DNA of 64,000 bases, taken from the NCBI GenBank assembly GCA_963749155.1, contig CAVVLO010000001.1, forward strand, positions 224,001 through 288,000. The letters run 5' to 3'. This DNA is from an uncultured Armatimonadia bacterium (lineage in GTDB: Bacteria; Armatimonadota; Zipacnadia; CAVVLO01). Below are positions 29,253-39,831 of the stretch, one piece after another. Both the position numbers and the translations under genes were made by a program. The notes beneath the pieces are model-generated. The model was not told where the DNA came from. It did no database searches and was given only the letters and a program-made list of their open reading frames with translations. The first letter of the stretch is position 1. Every line of letters starts with the position of its first letter.

Positions 29253-30773
29253 ATGCGCTTTTCTGACCGCACCAGGCGGATGGTCTTAATTGCCATCGCG
29301 CTAGTGCTAATGGTTTCAGTTGTTTTATTCCTGGCGGGATGCAAGGAGCAGGCTGCCGCTCCGCCTGCAGGCAGTGAAGCAACGCCTCCTCCAGGCGTAA
29401 CTGGCCAAACCCCTCCCCCTGTGCCAGAAGGCGGACTGGATCCAATGGCTTCAAAGCCAACCAAAGAAGACGAGGCTTTGATTGCTTCTATCAAGGACAT
29501 CGACCCAGCGCTGGGTCGCGTTACCGAGGAGCAGCAGACCAAGCTGGAGGAGGTTTACAAGCAAGGTGGCCCCGCGACTCACAAAGAAGTTTTAAAGAAA
29601 CTGGGGCAGTTAAAAACTCCTTTGGCGCATAAGTTGATCTTGAAATCCATCGGCGATGAGGCGGCAGATGTCCGGATCGAGGCCTTCAAGGCTAGTGTAG
29701 GCTGGAGGGATCCAGAGATTACTCAGGCCAGACTTCAGGCACTGTCCAGAGCAAGCAATGGTATGGAACTCAGTCGCCTGATCCAGTCAATGGGCAACGA
29801 ATCAACTGATGAGAAAGTATTGCAGTTGATGGTCAAGATACTTGAGGACCCTCGAGCGGTAGACTTGAAGTCTCATGCCCTGGGGCTTATCGAGAGGGCC
29901 CATTATTTGAAGGCGCTGCCAGTTGTACAGAAATATGTGAACGAAGGCACAGGCGTCCTGCCGGAGCTTGCGACCCAGGCCTTGCTTAATCTGCAGGTGC
30001 CGCGTGAGCGAAGCGAGGTGCGTTATACCAGGCTGCTTCAGTTTGCTATTGATCCGGCTCCTACCACAGCAACCCGGGCTCAACTGCAACTGGTTGAAGA
30101 AAAGACCACCTCCGAGCCCTACGTGGCCCAGCAGCTCGTAGCATCGACTAATCCAGCAATCCGGCTTAAGGCCTCCGAAATAATGGCTGTCATAGCCACT
30201 AAGGAATCTCTGCCCAAACTGACGGCAGCCCTTGGCGATCCAGACCCTTTGGTACAAGAGCAAGTGGCCAAAGCGATGTTCCTGGCCAAGCCTGATGCGG
30301 CAGCGGTCAAAGCACTGGGCAAACTGATGAGTTCCAAATTCGATTATGTAAGGTCGGCTTCGGCGCTGGCGCTTTCCCAGTCAGGAGAAACTCTTGCGAT
30401 TCCCTTCCTCGTTCAGGGTTCCAAGGATACGGACGAATGGGTCAGGCGCAATTCAATGGTTGGACTCGCCAAACTCGCCAAAGCAGATCCGGTAGCGTCA
30501 AAACCAGCACTGCTGTCAGCCGCGGGTGATTCGGATGAATACGTTCGGGCTTCGGCAGCCAAGGGACTCGGGACACTGGGCGCCAGCGAGGTAAAGGCCG
30601 ATCTGCTGACGATGCTGAAGGACTCCAACTGGCGCGCGCGCGCAGCCGCGGCTGAAGCGCTTGGTGATATCGGGGCCAAAGATTGCAAGCATGAGTTGCT
30701 TGCCTTGCTCAAGCTGGACGAACCCGAGGTACAACACGCCGCTCGCAAGGCCTTGCGCAAGCTGGTCTTTTAG
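29253..30773 (+). CDS. HEAT-repeat lipoprotein
   Basis: Lipobox LAGC, Pro-rich linker, repeated L.D.D..VR..AA..LG units. Confidence 0.8.
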   Translation: MRFSDRTRRMVLIAIALVLMVSVVLFLAGCKEQAAAPPAGSEATPPPGVTGQTPPPVPEGGLDPMASKPTKEDEALIASIKDIDPALGRVTEEQQTKLEEVYKQGGPATHKEVLKKLGQLKTPLAHKLILKSIGDEAADVRIEAFKASVGWRDPEITQARLQALSRASNGMELSRLIQSMGNESTDEKVLQLMVKILEDPRAVDLKSHALGLIERAHYLKALPVVQKYVNEGTGVLPELATQALLNLQVPRERSEVRYTRLLQFAIDPAPTTATRAQLQLVEEKTTSEPYVAQQLVASTNPAIRLKASEIMAVIATKESLPKLTAALGDPDPLVQEQVAKAMFLAKPDAAAVKALGKLMSSKFDYVRSASALALSQSGETLAIPFLVQGSKDTDEWVRRNSMVGLAKLAKADPVASKPALLSAAGDSDEYVRASAAKGLGTLGASEVKADLLTMLKDSNWRARAAAAEALGDIGAKDCKHELLALLKLDEPEVQHAARKALRKLVF

Positions 30774-30796
30774 GCGCGTTATCCATAAAGCGATAG

Positions 30797-30827
30797 AAAA
30801 GCCGCCCGAGTCCTGGGCGGCTTTTTT
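30797..30827. terminator. Intrinsic terminator, probably bidirectional
   Basis: AAAAGCCGCCC-GAGTCCT-GGGCGGCTTTTTT between convergent genes. Confidence 0.85.
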
Positions 30828-30849
30828 GTTTGCCTGATTTGGCCAACTG

Positions 30850-31825
30850 GGCTGAGATACCTAGTTCGAGCCTGGCGAGGGCGGCGGCGCCCAATATGCC
30901 TGCATCATCTTCAAGCGCGGCAGCAACGATGCGCGCCTTCTCGATGCAATGGGGCAGGGCATACCGGTGGGCATATTTGCGCGCGCGCTCCAGATAGACT
31001 TTTCCGAAGGCTTCCAGCATCCCGCCCCCGATTACTACTACTTCCGGCCCGATGATATTTATGGCGTTGGCAACAGCAATGCCCAGGTATTTGGAAGAGC
31101 GGTCTATGGCCTTCACCACGGCTTCATCGCCTGCGGCGTAGGCTTTGGCGAGAGCGCGACTTCGGATGCGTTCGCCTTCGGCAAACTGGCTGGCGGCTTT
31201 ACCCAGACTGGGCCGCATCAGACAGATAAGCGTTGATTGCCGTGCGAGAGGAGAAAGCCTCCAGGCACCCCTTGTTGCCGCAACCGCAGCGGGGCCCCTT
31301 GGGGTCAAGCGTGGCATGCCCAAATTCGCCGGCGTTCTTGCTAAAACCGCGGAATATGCGCCCCTCGATAATTATGCCCCCGCCGATGCCAGTGCCCACG
31401 AAGAACCCAACCACTGGATCAGCGCCCTGGGCCGCGCCATACACGTATTCGCCGAAGGTGCCGACATTGACGTCGTTATCTATAAAGACGGGCACACCGA
31501 AGGCGGCCTCGAGCCTGGCCTTTAGGGGAAGGTTCACCCAGCCCGGCAGATTCGGAGGCGCAATTATAATTCCCTCATCAGGATCCAGTGGGCCAGGGCA
31601 ACCCATTCCTATTCCGGCCAGGTCCGTGGGCCCCAGCCCTGCGTCCTGAAGCGCCTGGTTAATAGTAAGGGTCAGGTTTTCCAGCGCGTGTTCTACCCCT
31701 TGTTCGGCTTCAGTGGGATTTTTGGCGCTACCAAGTTTGATGCCTTCGGAGGTTACGACCGCAGCCAGTATCTTGGTGCCGCCCAGATCAACGCCCAGCA
31801 CCGGTTTGGACGAGATGTCACTCAT
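30850..31825 (-). CDS. ROK-family sugar kinase (glucokinase-like); frameshift near 31203, 3' end uncertain
   Basis: GVDLGGTKI, PPNLPGW, DNDVN, GTGIGGG, GEFGH, CGCGN.GCLEA. The C-terminal half (VVIGGG, AGILGAA) is in the next frame and runs through the terminator to a stop at 30709. Confidence 0.8.
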
Positions 31826-31941
31826 CAGGGCCTCCCGTCGAACATAAAAGTCCTGTTTCTATTGTATCAAGCCTGCCTAATCGGGCAAACCTGCCAGGAA
31901 GGGGCGCTGAAGGGGGCGATGTAGGTTAGAATAGAACCAAG

Positions 31942-33208
31942 ATGACATCGAGGATAAGAGCCAGATTCGATCAGGCTAGCCTGCAACAGCCGGTATTGCT
32001 AGCTGCGCTTGCGCGCGCGCTGCTGGTGATGCTTTTTATTACCTTGCCGGCTGACTACTGGCCTATGCGCCTGGCCTCGATGCCGCAACTGTTGTTTACG
32101 GCGCTCACTCTGGTTGTGGCCCTCATCCTGCTTGCCGCGGCTTATGGGCACCCGCGCAGTTGGTGGCTTGCCCGGACAGGACTTTTGGTTGACACCCTGG
32201 GGCTGGTCTTCTGGATAATGGCGACGGGAGGCATCCATAGCCCCCTTGTGCCTTTCTGCTATCTCCTCCCCCTGGTCGCGGTCGCGGTCGCGGACGCTGG
32301 CTGGGCTGCTACCCTGGCTGGCGCGCTTACAGTTGCGCTCGTGGGGCTTGCCGGATGGGGGCTTGCTCCTGAGGCTGCCCTTGCAAAAGTTGCCTTGCAG
32401 GCGCCTTTGATGTTGCTGGTAGGGCTTGCTGCAAGTTATCTTGGATACAGGCTTTCGGTAGAAGAAGCGAGATATCTTGATGCCGAGCCGGGTGCTCGAA
32501 ACTTTCCAACACCAGATTGGCGAGGCCAGGCGCGCCTATCAGCGACTTGCAACAGGCCAGCTAAGCACTTGCGAGGGCATCTTGCTCGAGGCCGAGGTGT
32601 TGCCTGCCGCCGTCAGTTATGGGGGAGATTTCCTTTTTCAACCTCACCGGGCGAGGGCCGGCTGGCTTTGATGGCCTTCGATGTCTGCGGCAAGCGAGTG
32701 ACCGGGGCGACTACCGGGCCCTTGTTGCGATATGCGCTCAAGGCGGCTCAGGCGGCTTCGCAGAAGCCGGAAGAGCAGCTTGCCTTCCTGGACGAGCTAC
32801 TTGAGGGAGAGCTTTCGCACGAGCAGTTTGTAGCCGCAACTTATGTGTTGATGGACCATAGCGAGAGAACCGTCCAGGTGTTCAACAGGGGGATGCCCCC
32901 TGCTGCCATTGTTAGCCCGGGTGAAGTGAGATTGCTTGCCGAAAGTGGCCCCCCTCTTGGGATTGGGGGGGGAGTCGATGGAAGCCAGCCGCTTCGTGCT
33001 GGCCCCTGGCGAGCTGCTGGTAATCTACTCCGATGGGCTGCTAGAGCTGCTGGAAGAAGGCGAAGCGCTGGAGGCGCTCAGCGAGTTGCTGCTGCTTGCG
33101 GACGCCTCCTGCGCCGAGGCGTTGCTGGCTTCCTTGTTTGAGAGAGTGCAACGCGCTCAGGTCAGGCGCGATGATGTGTCGGTTGCTGTACTTGGATTCA
33201 ACGACTAG
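31942..33208 (+). CDS. Membrane-anchored PP2C/SpoIIE-family phosphatase with three apparent frameshifts (~32477, ~32635, ~32968)
   Basis: N-terminal TM domain. The PP2C motifs GGDF, DVCGK, N.G.PP, YSDGL.E and DDVS are distributed across frames. Confidence 0.7.
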
Positions 33209-33254
33209 CCGGCTGCGGCTTGTGCGATAACAAAAGGAGAGTAGACTTAATTCT

Positions 33255-36200
33255 ATGGGCCAGGTGCTGCTGCTTACCGGCGAAGCTCGAAGTGGAAAGA
33301 GCAGGTGGGTCTTCGAGGTGATCTGCCGAGGTCTCAGACGCGCCGAAGGGCGCCCTGAGGTGCTGGTTGTGCTGCCTTCAAGGCTGGCCGTCAGAGAGCT
33401 TTCCCATAGACTCACCGAGCAGTTTCCCGTGCTTCAGGGAATACGCCTGTTAACCCCCAAAGCGGTTGCCCTGGAAGTGCTGCGCAACGCGGGAGCGGCC
33501 GTGTCAATTGCCAAACCGTGGCAGGAACTGCTGCTGGTTAAGGCTGCCCTTGACGAAGCAAGCCAGGCCGGCAAGCTTTCCGAACTGGCGCCCCTGGCCG
33601 AGCTCTCCTTGCCCCCTGTCGCCCTGCTCAATCAGCTTAAGGAACTCTCCCGGCTCGGGCTTGCGCCTGAGACGCTGCGCAAAGCCACTCGCACAAAACA
33701 ATTCGCCAAGGCCGCAGAGCTTGCCTTGCTGCTTGCCACCTGGCGCAAGGGGCTGGACAAGGCAGGATTGCTGGACCAGGCCGAAGCACTGCGCCGGGCT
33801 GCCGACCTCATCGAAGCCGGAGCGCCCGGACTACCTGACTGGCCAAGTTTACTGGTGGATGATTTTCAAGATTTCACCTCGGATGAGCAGCGTTTGCTGG
33901 CCGCCCTGGCTCACCGGGCAGGCGAGACCTGTTTTACCTTCCGCTATGTAGAGGGTAAACCGCGCCTGTACGAAGCCCAGGAACGCGCGCTTTTCATTGG
34001 AGACAGACTGCCAGAATACCGCGAACGCGTTTTGCCGACCCCGCAGGCTAGTTCGCAGCTGGAGAGGCTGGGCCAGCGATTGTTTGCCGAGGCTGAGGAA
34101 TCGTCTTCAAATCAGCCTGAAGAAGCCACGGCAGTGTTTGTTTACGAAGCCACAGCCTTGCGCGAGGAGTGCGATGCGGCGGCCCGGCTCCTGATCGAGC
34201 TGGCCAGGCTTGAGGGTTACGAGTGGAAGGAGCTGGCACTTTTCTATCCCGCTCCATCGGTCTATGAGCCAGCCCTTGCGGCCTCGCTGGCGCGTTATCG
34301 AGTGCCCTCGACCCTCAGTGCAAGCCAGTCCCTTGCGGGCGCGCTGGCCCCGAGACTGGCTCTCAGTCTGCTGGAGCTTGCTGAAGGGACGGCAACGACC
34401 TCAACGCTGGAGCCGCTGCTGCAGACCCAGTGGCCTTTTGCCTCAGAAGAAGCCAGAGAAGCTATCCAGGCGGAACTGGCCCAGGCCAGGCTTCGCGGGG
34501 TAGAGACTCCTCCTGGCACTCTCATCGAGCACGCGCTGGACCGGGCGCTCGAAAGCGTTGCCCTGGCTGCCTGGCACAAGTTGTCTGAAAGTCTGGCTGA
34601 ATTCCGCAAGCTGCCCGGACTGCCTGAACTGGCCGAGGAGCTTGGCCTTCTGCTTCAGAAGGCTTTGCCTGCTCTGCTTGCCCTGCCAGAGGATACACTG
34701 CCGGTGCAGTGCCAGGCTTTATCGTTAGTGCTTGATTGCCTGGCGGCGCCCTTGCTTGCTTCTGAGGCGAAGCTGCCTGCTGTCCAGGCTGCCCGAGCCA
34801 GACTCGTAGCGCTGGTTGCCGAGGGGCAGCTCAGAGCACCCGCTTCAAGTGAAGGGGGAGTGATTTGCGCCTCAGTTGACCAGGCCAGGTCTTGCGCGCC
34901 AAAAGTTGCTGTGCTGGTCGGGCTGGAAGACGGGGTATTTCCTGTAAAGGCTACGGCTTCTCCCCTCCTGCGCGAAAGTGAGAAACAGGCCCTCGGCGCC
35001 AAACTCGGGGGGCTTTTCGTTGCTCAGAGCTGGCAGGAGGCTCGTGAAAGACGGCTCTTCCAGACGGTGGTTACGCGCCCGAGCGAAAGGTTGTACCTGC
35101 TGCGTTCGACGATGGACGAACAGGGCAGACCGAAACTCCCTTCGCCCTTCCTTGCGGAACTCAGACGCCATCTTGCCTTCACCGAAGGCAGTCCCAACTG
35201 GCGCAGGCAGCGGGTGGGCGAGGTGTTGCCGTCACCCGAGGAAGCCGGCAGTCACGAAGAACTGCTGGATTCGCTGGCTTTGGCGCTGCAGTCGGCTTAC
35301 TGGCCTGATGAAGCGCACCAGATTGCCGCAACCGTTGCCGCCTGGAACCTTGTGCAGGGCAGCGCGCGCGCCCTGGCGCAACTGGCAGAGCGACTTCGGG
35401 CTTCCGCCTATAGTGAAGCGCGCGAACTCCCTGCCCCAGCCGTGCTTGGCGAGTTGAAGTCACTTGCCACGCGGATGACGGCGACCCAGCTCGATGATTT
35501 CCGCAATTGCCCGCTCAAGTATTATTTCGGGACGCTGCTGAGACTGAGGGCGCCTGAGGACGAACCCTATGCCCTGCTGCGCGGGATTGCCGCTCACGAG
35601 GCGCTTTCCTGGCTCGGGCGTAATCTGCTGCACGGCAAGCCCAGACCCGAACTGGCTGCTCTGGCTGCGAGCGAGGTGGCCGAGTGGCTTCTGAAGGCGC
35701 GCGAAGAGGGCCTTCACAAGGCCGACAAGCCTGGCTCGCCGCTTGCTCCCGCCGAGAAGGCCGCGCTGGAGGCCTGGCTTGGCCGGGTGCTGCACCTGTG
35801 GTGGCAGTGGGAGCTTGCCAGCGAGGATACTTTTATACCCGAGCGATTTGAATTGGCCTTTGGCGAGGGCGCGCAGGCCGAGTTGCCAGCTCTCTCGCTT
35901 CACTTCCCAGAGCTGGACCTGCGCCTTGAGATGGAGGGCAGGCTGGATCGCCTGGATAAAACTCCTGACGGGGCCCTGCGCCTGGTGGATTACAAGAGCA
36001 GTTCGGCTGACCCCAGCACTTATACCCCGGGCAAGCCAGGTACGCTCAGGTCGCTGCAGCTTGCCCTTTACGCGCTGGCGGTAGCCAGGCTGGGTCAGGT
36101 TGTCGCCGCCGATTATGTGCTGTTGCAAGGGCTGGAAAGCAAATCCGACACCCTCGCAAGCAGCCTGGGAGAACCCGCGGCTCGCAAGCTGCTACTAGAC

Positions 36201-36344
36201 ACCGTGGCCAATACTCTGACGGCGCTGATGGCTGGAGGATACCAGCCGCCCGAGGACGACACCGTCTGCAGAGGTTGCAAATATCTGGCAGTATGCCGCA
36301 GAGACCGTTACAGGGAGGCGCTGACCAGTGAGTCGCGGCCCTGA
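33255..36344 (+). CDS. addB: AddB-like subunit: inactive-helicase scaffold plus PD-(D/E)XK nuclease
   Basis: GEARSGKS, DDFQDF, GLEDG.FP, ERRLF....TR, CPLKYY, GRLDRLD, VDYKS, C..C.Y..VC. Confidence 0.8.
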   Translation: MGQVLLLTGEARSGKSRWVFEVICRGLRRAEGRPEVLVVLPSRLAVRELSHRLTEQFPVLQGIRLLTPKAVALEVLRNAGAAVSIAKPWQELLLVKAALDEASQAGKLSELAPLAELSLPPVALLNQLKELSRLGLAPETLRKATRTKQFAKAAELALLLATWRKGLDKAGLLDQAEALRRAADLIEAGAPGLPDWPSLLVDDFQDFTSDEQRLLAALAHRAGETCFTFRYVEGKPRLYEAQERALFIGDRLPEYRERVLPTPQASSQLERLGQRLFAEAEESSSNQPEEATAVFVYEATALREECDAAARLLIELARLEGYEWKELALFYPAPSVYEPALAASLARYRVPSTLSASQSLAGALAPRLALSLLELAEGTATTSTLEPLLQTQWPFASEEAREAIQAELAQARLRGVETPPGTLIEHALDRALESVALAAWHKLSESLAEFRKLPGLPELAEELGLLLQKALPALLALPEDTLPVQCQALSLVLDCLAAPLLASEAKLPAVQAARARLVALVAEGQLRAPASSEGGVICASVDQARSCAPKVAVLVGLEDGVFPVKATASPLLRESEKQALGAKLGGLFVAQSWQEARERRLFQTVVTRPSERLYLLRSTMDEQGRPKLPSPFLAELRRHLAFTEGSPNWRRQRVGEVLPSPEEAGSHEELLDSLALALQSAYWPDEAHQIAATVAAWNLVQGSARALAQLAERLRASAYSEARELPAPAVLGELKSLATRMTATQLDDFRNCPLKYYFGTLLRLRAPEDEPYALLRGIAAHEALSWLGRNLLHGKPRPELAALAASEVAEWLLKAREEGLHKADKPGSPLAPAEKAALEAWLGRVLHLWWQWELASEDTFIPERFELAFGEGAQAELPALSLHFPELDLRLEMEGRLDRLDKTPDGALRLVDYKSSSADPSTYTPGKPGTLRSLQLALYALAVARLGQVVAADYVLLQGLESKSDTLASSLGEPAARKLLLDTVANTLTALMAGGYQPPEDDTVCRGCKYLAVCRRDRYREALTSESRP

Positions 36345-39300
36345 AGCCAATGCAGAACAACGCCAGGCCATCGAATGCCGGGCGCCCAGGCTGGTGCTGA
36401 AAGCTGGCGCAGGCTCCGGCAAGACCTGGACACTAATCGAGCATTATGTTGCGCTGGTCGAAGAAGGCCTTTATTCGCCCGAGCAGATACTGCTGATAAC
36501 CTTCACCGAGAAAGCCGCAAGCGAACTCAAAGAGCGGTTGCTGGCCAGGTTCGAGACGCAAGGCGAGGCCCGGCTGGAATCCGTCCGGCGCGCCACAGTG
36601 GGTACAATCCATTCCTTCTGCAGGGGATTGCTTGCCGATTATCCCACCGAAGCCGGCGTGCCGCCGGCCTTCGACGTGATGGAAGAAGCCCGGGCCCGGT
36701 TGCTTGCCCGAGAAGTCGCCGAATCACTTATTGAGGGGCTGCTTGCCCAGGATAATGTCGACGCCCAGCGCGCCCTGGCACTGCTGGAAGAGCCTGGCAA
36801 ACTGACCGATGCCCTGCTGCGCCTTAATGAGGAGCGCCGCAATCTGGGCGTTGCCGATTTGCCCGAGCCCAGGCTGGAACTGCCAAAGCCCGATTTGGAC
36901 AGGTTGCTTGCGCTTACCCGCGAGATATTCGAGATGCCGCCCCTGCTTACAAAACAGGGCAAACCGAATTCCAACTGGGAGAAAGTCCACGCGGCTTTCG
37001 CGTTGGTACTGCCGACTCTCGAGGGGATTCTTGCCGGCGAACTGGACCCGGGGCTTCTGCTTTGGGTGCTGTCACGTTATTCGCTGAATGGCCACGTCTT
37101 CAAAGCTAACGACGAAGGCGATTGGGGGCGTTTTGCTCGCGAACTGCCCCCGTTGCTTGAGGAAGTAAAAGGGTGGGCGCTCGAAAGCCTGGCCTTGCCG
37201 CTGCGCCAGGCGCTGACGAACCTGGTCCTGGCTTATGAAGCAAGGCTCTGGCAGGCCAAACTGGTCCATGGGGCACTTGATTTTAACGATCTGATGCAGC
37301 GCGCGGTAGACCTCTTGGAGGCCCGGCCTGACGTGCTGGCCGAGGTTGGGCAGCGTTACAAGGTCGTGCTGCTGGACGAGGCGCAGGATGTCAACTTCCT
37401 GCAACACAGGCTGGTAGAACTGCTGGCGAAGCAGTCGGGTTGTTCTTTGCGACTTGTGGGCGACCCCTTGCAGTCCATCTACTCCTGGCGAGGCGCCCTG
37501 CCGGAGCTCTTCACGCGCCAGCTCGAAGCCGGTCATAGCTCACTGCTCTATAATTATCGGGCTCATCCCAGGCTGATAGATTTCACCAACTTTGCCGGGC
37601 GGCAGTTTTACAAGGCCGCCAGAGGCGAACAACTCGAGCCAGGCCTTATTGCGCGCAAGGCGCAGCCGGCCAAGGGCGATCCAGTTCCGGACAATCCTCG
37701 GGTGCTGGTGCTGAAACAAGGCGCCCAGGGTGAGACTGGCCGACGCGCCCTGGAGCTTCGACTGGAGCAGGCTGATGCCCTCGCCGCGCTGGTGCAACAG
37801 CTTGTGGACAGCCAGGATTATCTCGTCCAGAAGGGTGACGAGTATCTCCCGGCCACTTATGGCGATATCTGCATCCTGTATAGAGCAGGCGCCATCGCCC
37901 CCCTCCTCGAGGCTGCCTTTGAGCGCGCGCGTATCCCTTATTTCGTCGAGGGCAACCGGGCCTTCTACGGCAGGCAGGAAGTACAGGATCTGATTAGCCT
38001 GCTGCGTTTTCTTATAAATCCCGCTGATGAGGTGCGGCTTGCGGCGGTGCTGCGTTCACCACTGGTCGCACTTTCAGAAGAAGGGCTTTTCCGACTGCGG
38101 TACCGCAACGGCAGACCCCTGCCCCTGGGCCTCTGGGCGCAGGCAAAAATGGCGTATGCGCGCGAAGAGTTGCCAGCCGAGGATAAAGACCGGCTGGCCG
38201 CTTTCGTGACCTTGATTGGACGACTGCACCAGCTAGCCGCAACCTCAGGGCCAGGCGCGGTACTCGAAGCCGCCGTCAGCCAGACAGGCTATAAGGCAAG
38301 TCTGCTGGGTGGGCGAGGGGCTGCCCGGCGTTACTCCAACGTTGCCAAGTTGCTGCGGCAAGCCGATGAAGCTGGCAGGCAGGGGCTCTCGATGGGAGAA
38401 TTCACCGAGTTCATCGAGACGGTCAGCACATCCGAATTCGTCGAAGAAAGCGAAGCCGCGCTGGTCTCAGAGCAAGCCCAGGTCGTCAGGCTGATGACAA
38501 TCCATAAAGCCAAGGGGCTGGAGTTTCCCATCGTGCTGCTCGTGGACCTGGGCAGGAAACTGCGCAATGACACGGACAAGGCAGGGCTTCATTCCACCCC
38601 TGAGGGCCAGGTGCTGGGGGTGGTCGTTGACAGTAAACCCGCCTATCTGAAAGAAGGGAAGACGCCCAGCTACGAAGCCTGCAAGGCCTCGCGCAAACTG
38701 CGGGAGCAGGTAGAACTCGCCAACCTGCTTTACGTTGCGATGACGCGCGCCAAAGACTGGCTGGTACTGGCCGGACTTGATGGAGAACTGCGCAATACCC
38801 CTGGCGAGTGGGTGAAAGAGGCCGTAGACGGGCGTGAGATACGCGCCAAGCATCCTCCTTTGGTCGGCGAACTGGACGCGCGCGAGCTACTGGGCGCGGC
38901 CAGGCTGGGGGCTACTCCCCTCAGACTTAGCCAGCGCTATTCAGGGGAAATAGGCCGGCTTCGACTACTGGATGCTCCAGGCTTGCCCCAACTGCCCGAT
39001 CCCGAATACGCCCAGCTTAAGAGGCGAGTGGAGACCTTGCTTGCTGCGCCAGTGCTGCCGGCGAAGCGCAGCCGGTTCCGCGTTTCAGAACTGGTCGTCT
39101 TTGCGGCCTGCCCGCTCAAGCATTACTTCCAGTACGAGCTAGGGCTTGCGCCCCTTGGCAAGGCGATGGGCGATTCGGAGACTCCAGGCGAGCAGGAACA
39201 CGAGCTGCCAGGATTTGGAGATGAAGAGGTTGCGGCCTCAGTGCGGGGCGCGGCTATCCACCGCGTTTTACAACGCTGGGAGCCTGACGCCGATCTGGCG

Positions 39301-39831
39301 GCGCTGGCCGCTGAGGTGGCAAAGCAGTTCGCGCCCAGTCTGAAGCCTGATCTCCTGGCGGCCCTTACGCGTTTTAGCACAAGCCGGTTTGCGCCTTTGC
39401 TTGCAGAAACGCCCAGGCGTTACCGGGAGTGTCCAATTAGCATGGCGCTTAATGGCTGGACTCTGTCAGCGGTACTGGACGCGATAGCCCAGGACGAAGG
39501 CGAATACCATCTGCTCGAATACAAGAGCCTTGCCCCTACGCCGCAAGGGCTGGAGCGGGCAAGGGCTGTGTATGGACTTCAAGTTATGACTTATGCGCTC
39601 GCCACCAGGAAGCTATTCGGCGCGGCGCCTGCTTCCGCGCAGCTTTACTTCACAGAAAACGGCGCTACGGCGGAATTTCCTGTGGATGCAGATGCCCTGG
39701 CCCGGACCGAACAGAGGCTCCGGTTGCTCCTTGGCCAGCTTGCGAACCAAAGCGGTAAACCGCGAGGGAAGCCTGGCGCCCAGTGTGAGGCTTGCGATTA
39801 TTGCGCGGTGTGCCCTGAGGCGAAGCGCTAG
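36328..39831 (+). CDS. addA: AddA-like UvrD helicase with C-terminal PD-(D/E)XK nuclease
   Basis: AGAGSGKT, ITFTEKAA.ELK.R, TIHSFC, DEAQD, VGD..QSIY.WRGA, MTIHKAKGLEF, YVAMTRA, LD...EYK. Confidence 0.85.
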   Translation: MSRGPEANAEQRQAIECRAPRLVLKAGAGSGKTWTLIEHYVALVEEGLYSPEQILLITFTEKAASELKERLLARFETQGEARLESVRRATVGTIHSFCRGLLADYPTEAGVPPAFDVMEEARARLLAREVAESLIEGLLAQDNVDAQRALALLEEPGKLTDALLRLNEERRNLGVADLPEPRLELPKPDLDRLLALTREIFEMPPLLTKQGKPNSNWEKVHAAFALVLPTLEGILAGELDPGLLLWVLSRYSLNGHVFKANDEGDWGRFARELPPLLEEVKGWALESLALPLRQALTNLVLAYEARLWQAKLVHGALDFNDLMQRAVDLLEARPDVLAEVGQRYKVVLLDEAQDVNFLQHRLVELLAKQSGCSLRLVGDPLQSIYSWRGALPELFTRQLEAGHSSLLYNYRAHPRLIDFTNFAGRQFYKAARGEQLEPGLIARKAQPAKGDPVPDNPRVLVLKQGAQGETGRRALELRLEQADALAALVQQLVDSQDYLVQKGDEYLPATYGDICILYRAGAIAPLLEAAFERARIPYFVEGNRAFYGRQEVQDLISLLRFLINPADEVRLAAVLRSPLVALSEEGLFRLRYRNGRPLPLGLWAQAKMAYAREELPAEDKDRLAAFVTLIGRLHQLAATSGPGAVLEAAVSQTGYKASLLGGRGAARRYSNVAKLLRQADEAGRQGLSMGEFTEFIETVSTSEFVEESEAALVSEQAQVVRLMTIHKAKGLEFPIVLLVDLGRKLRNDTDKAGLHSTPEGQVLGVVVDSKPAYLKEGKTPSYEACKASRKLREQVELANLLYVAMTRAKDWLVLAGLDGELRNTPGEWVKEAVDGREIRAKHPPLVGELDARELLGAARLGATPLRLSQRYSGEIGRLRLLDAPGLPQLPDPEYAQLKRRVETLLAAPVLPAKRSRFRVSELVVFAACPLKHYFQYELGLAPLGKAMGDSETPGEQEHELPGFGDEEVAASVRGAAIHRVLQRWEPDADLAALAAEVAKQFAPSLKPDLLAALTRFSTSRFAPLLAETPRRYRECPISMALNGWTLSAVLDAIAQDEGEYHLLEYKSLAPTPQGLERARAVYGLQVMTYALATRKLFGAAPASAQLYFTENGATAEFPVDADALARTEQRLRLLLGQLANQSGKPRGKPGAQCEACDYCAVCPEAKR

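Noticed and set aside
30709..30850. C-terminal extension of the ROK kinase through the terminator into the HEAT gene
   Set aside because: Non-conserved read-through across a terminator; most likely a stop lost to another consensus error.
33255..39831. Helicase-nuclease pair as an anti-phage system or Cas4 locus
   Set aside because: Size, order and motifs fit housekeeping AddAB; no defence-island or CRISPR context.
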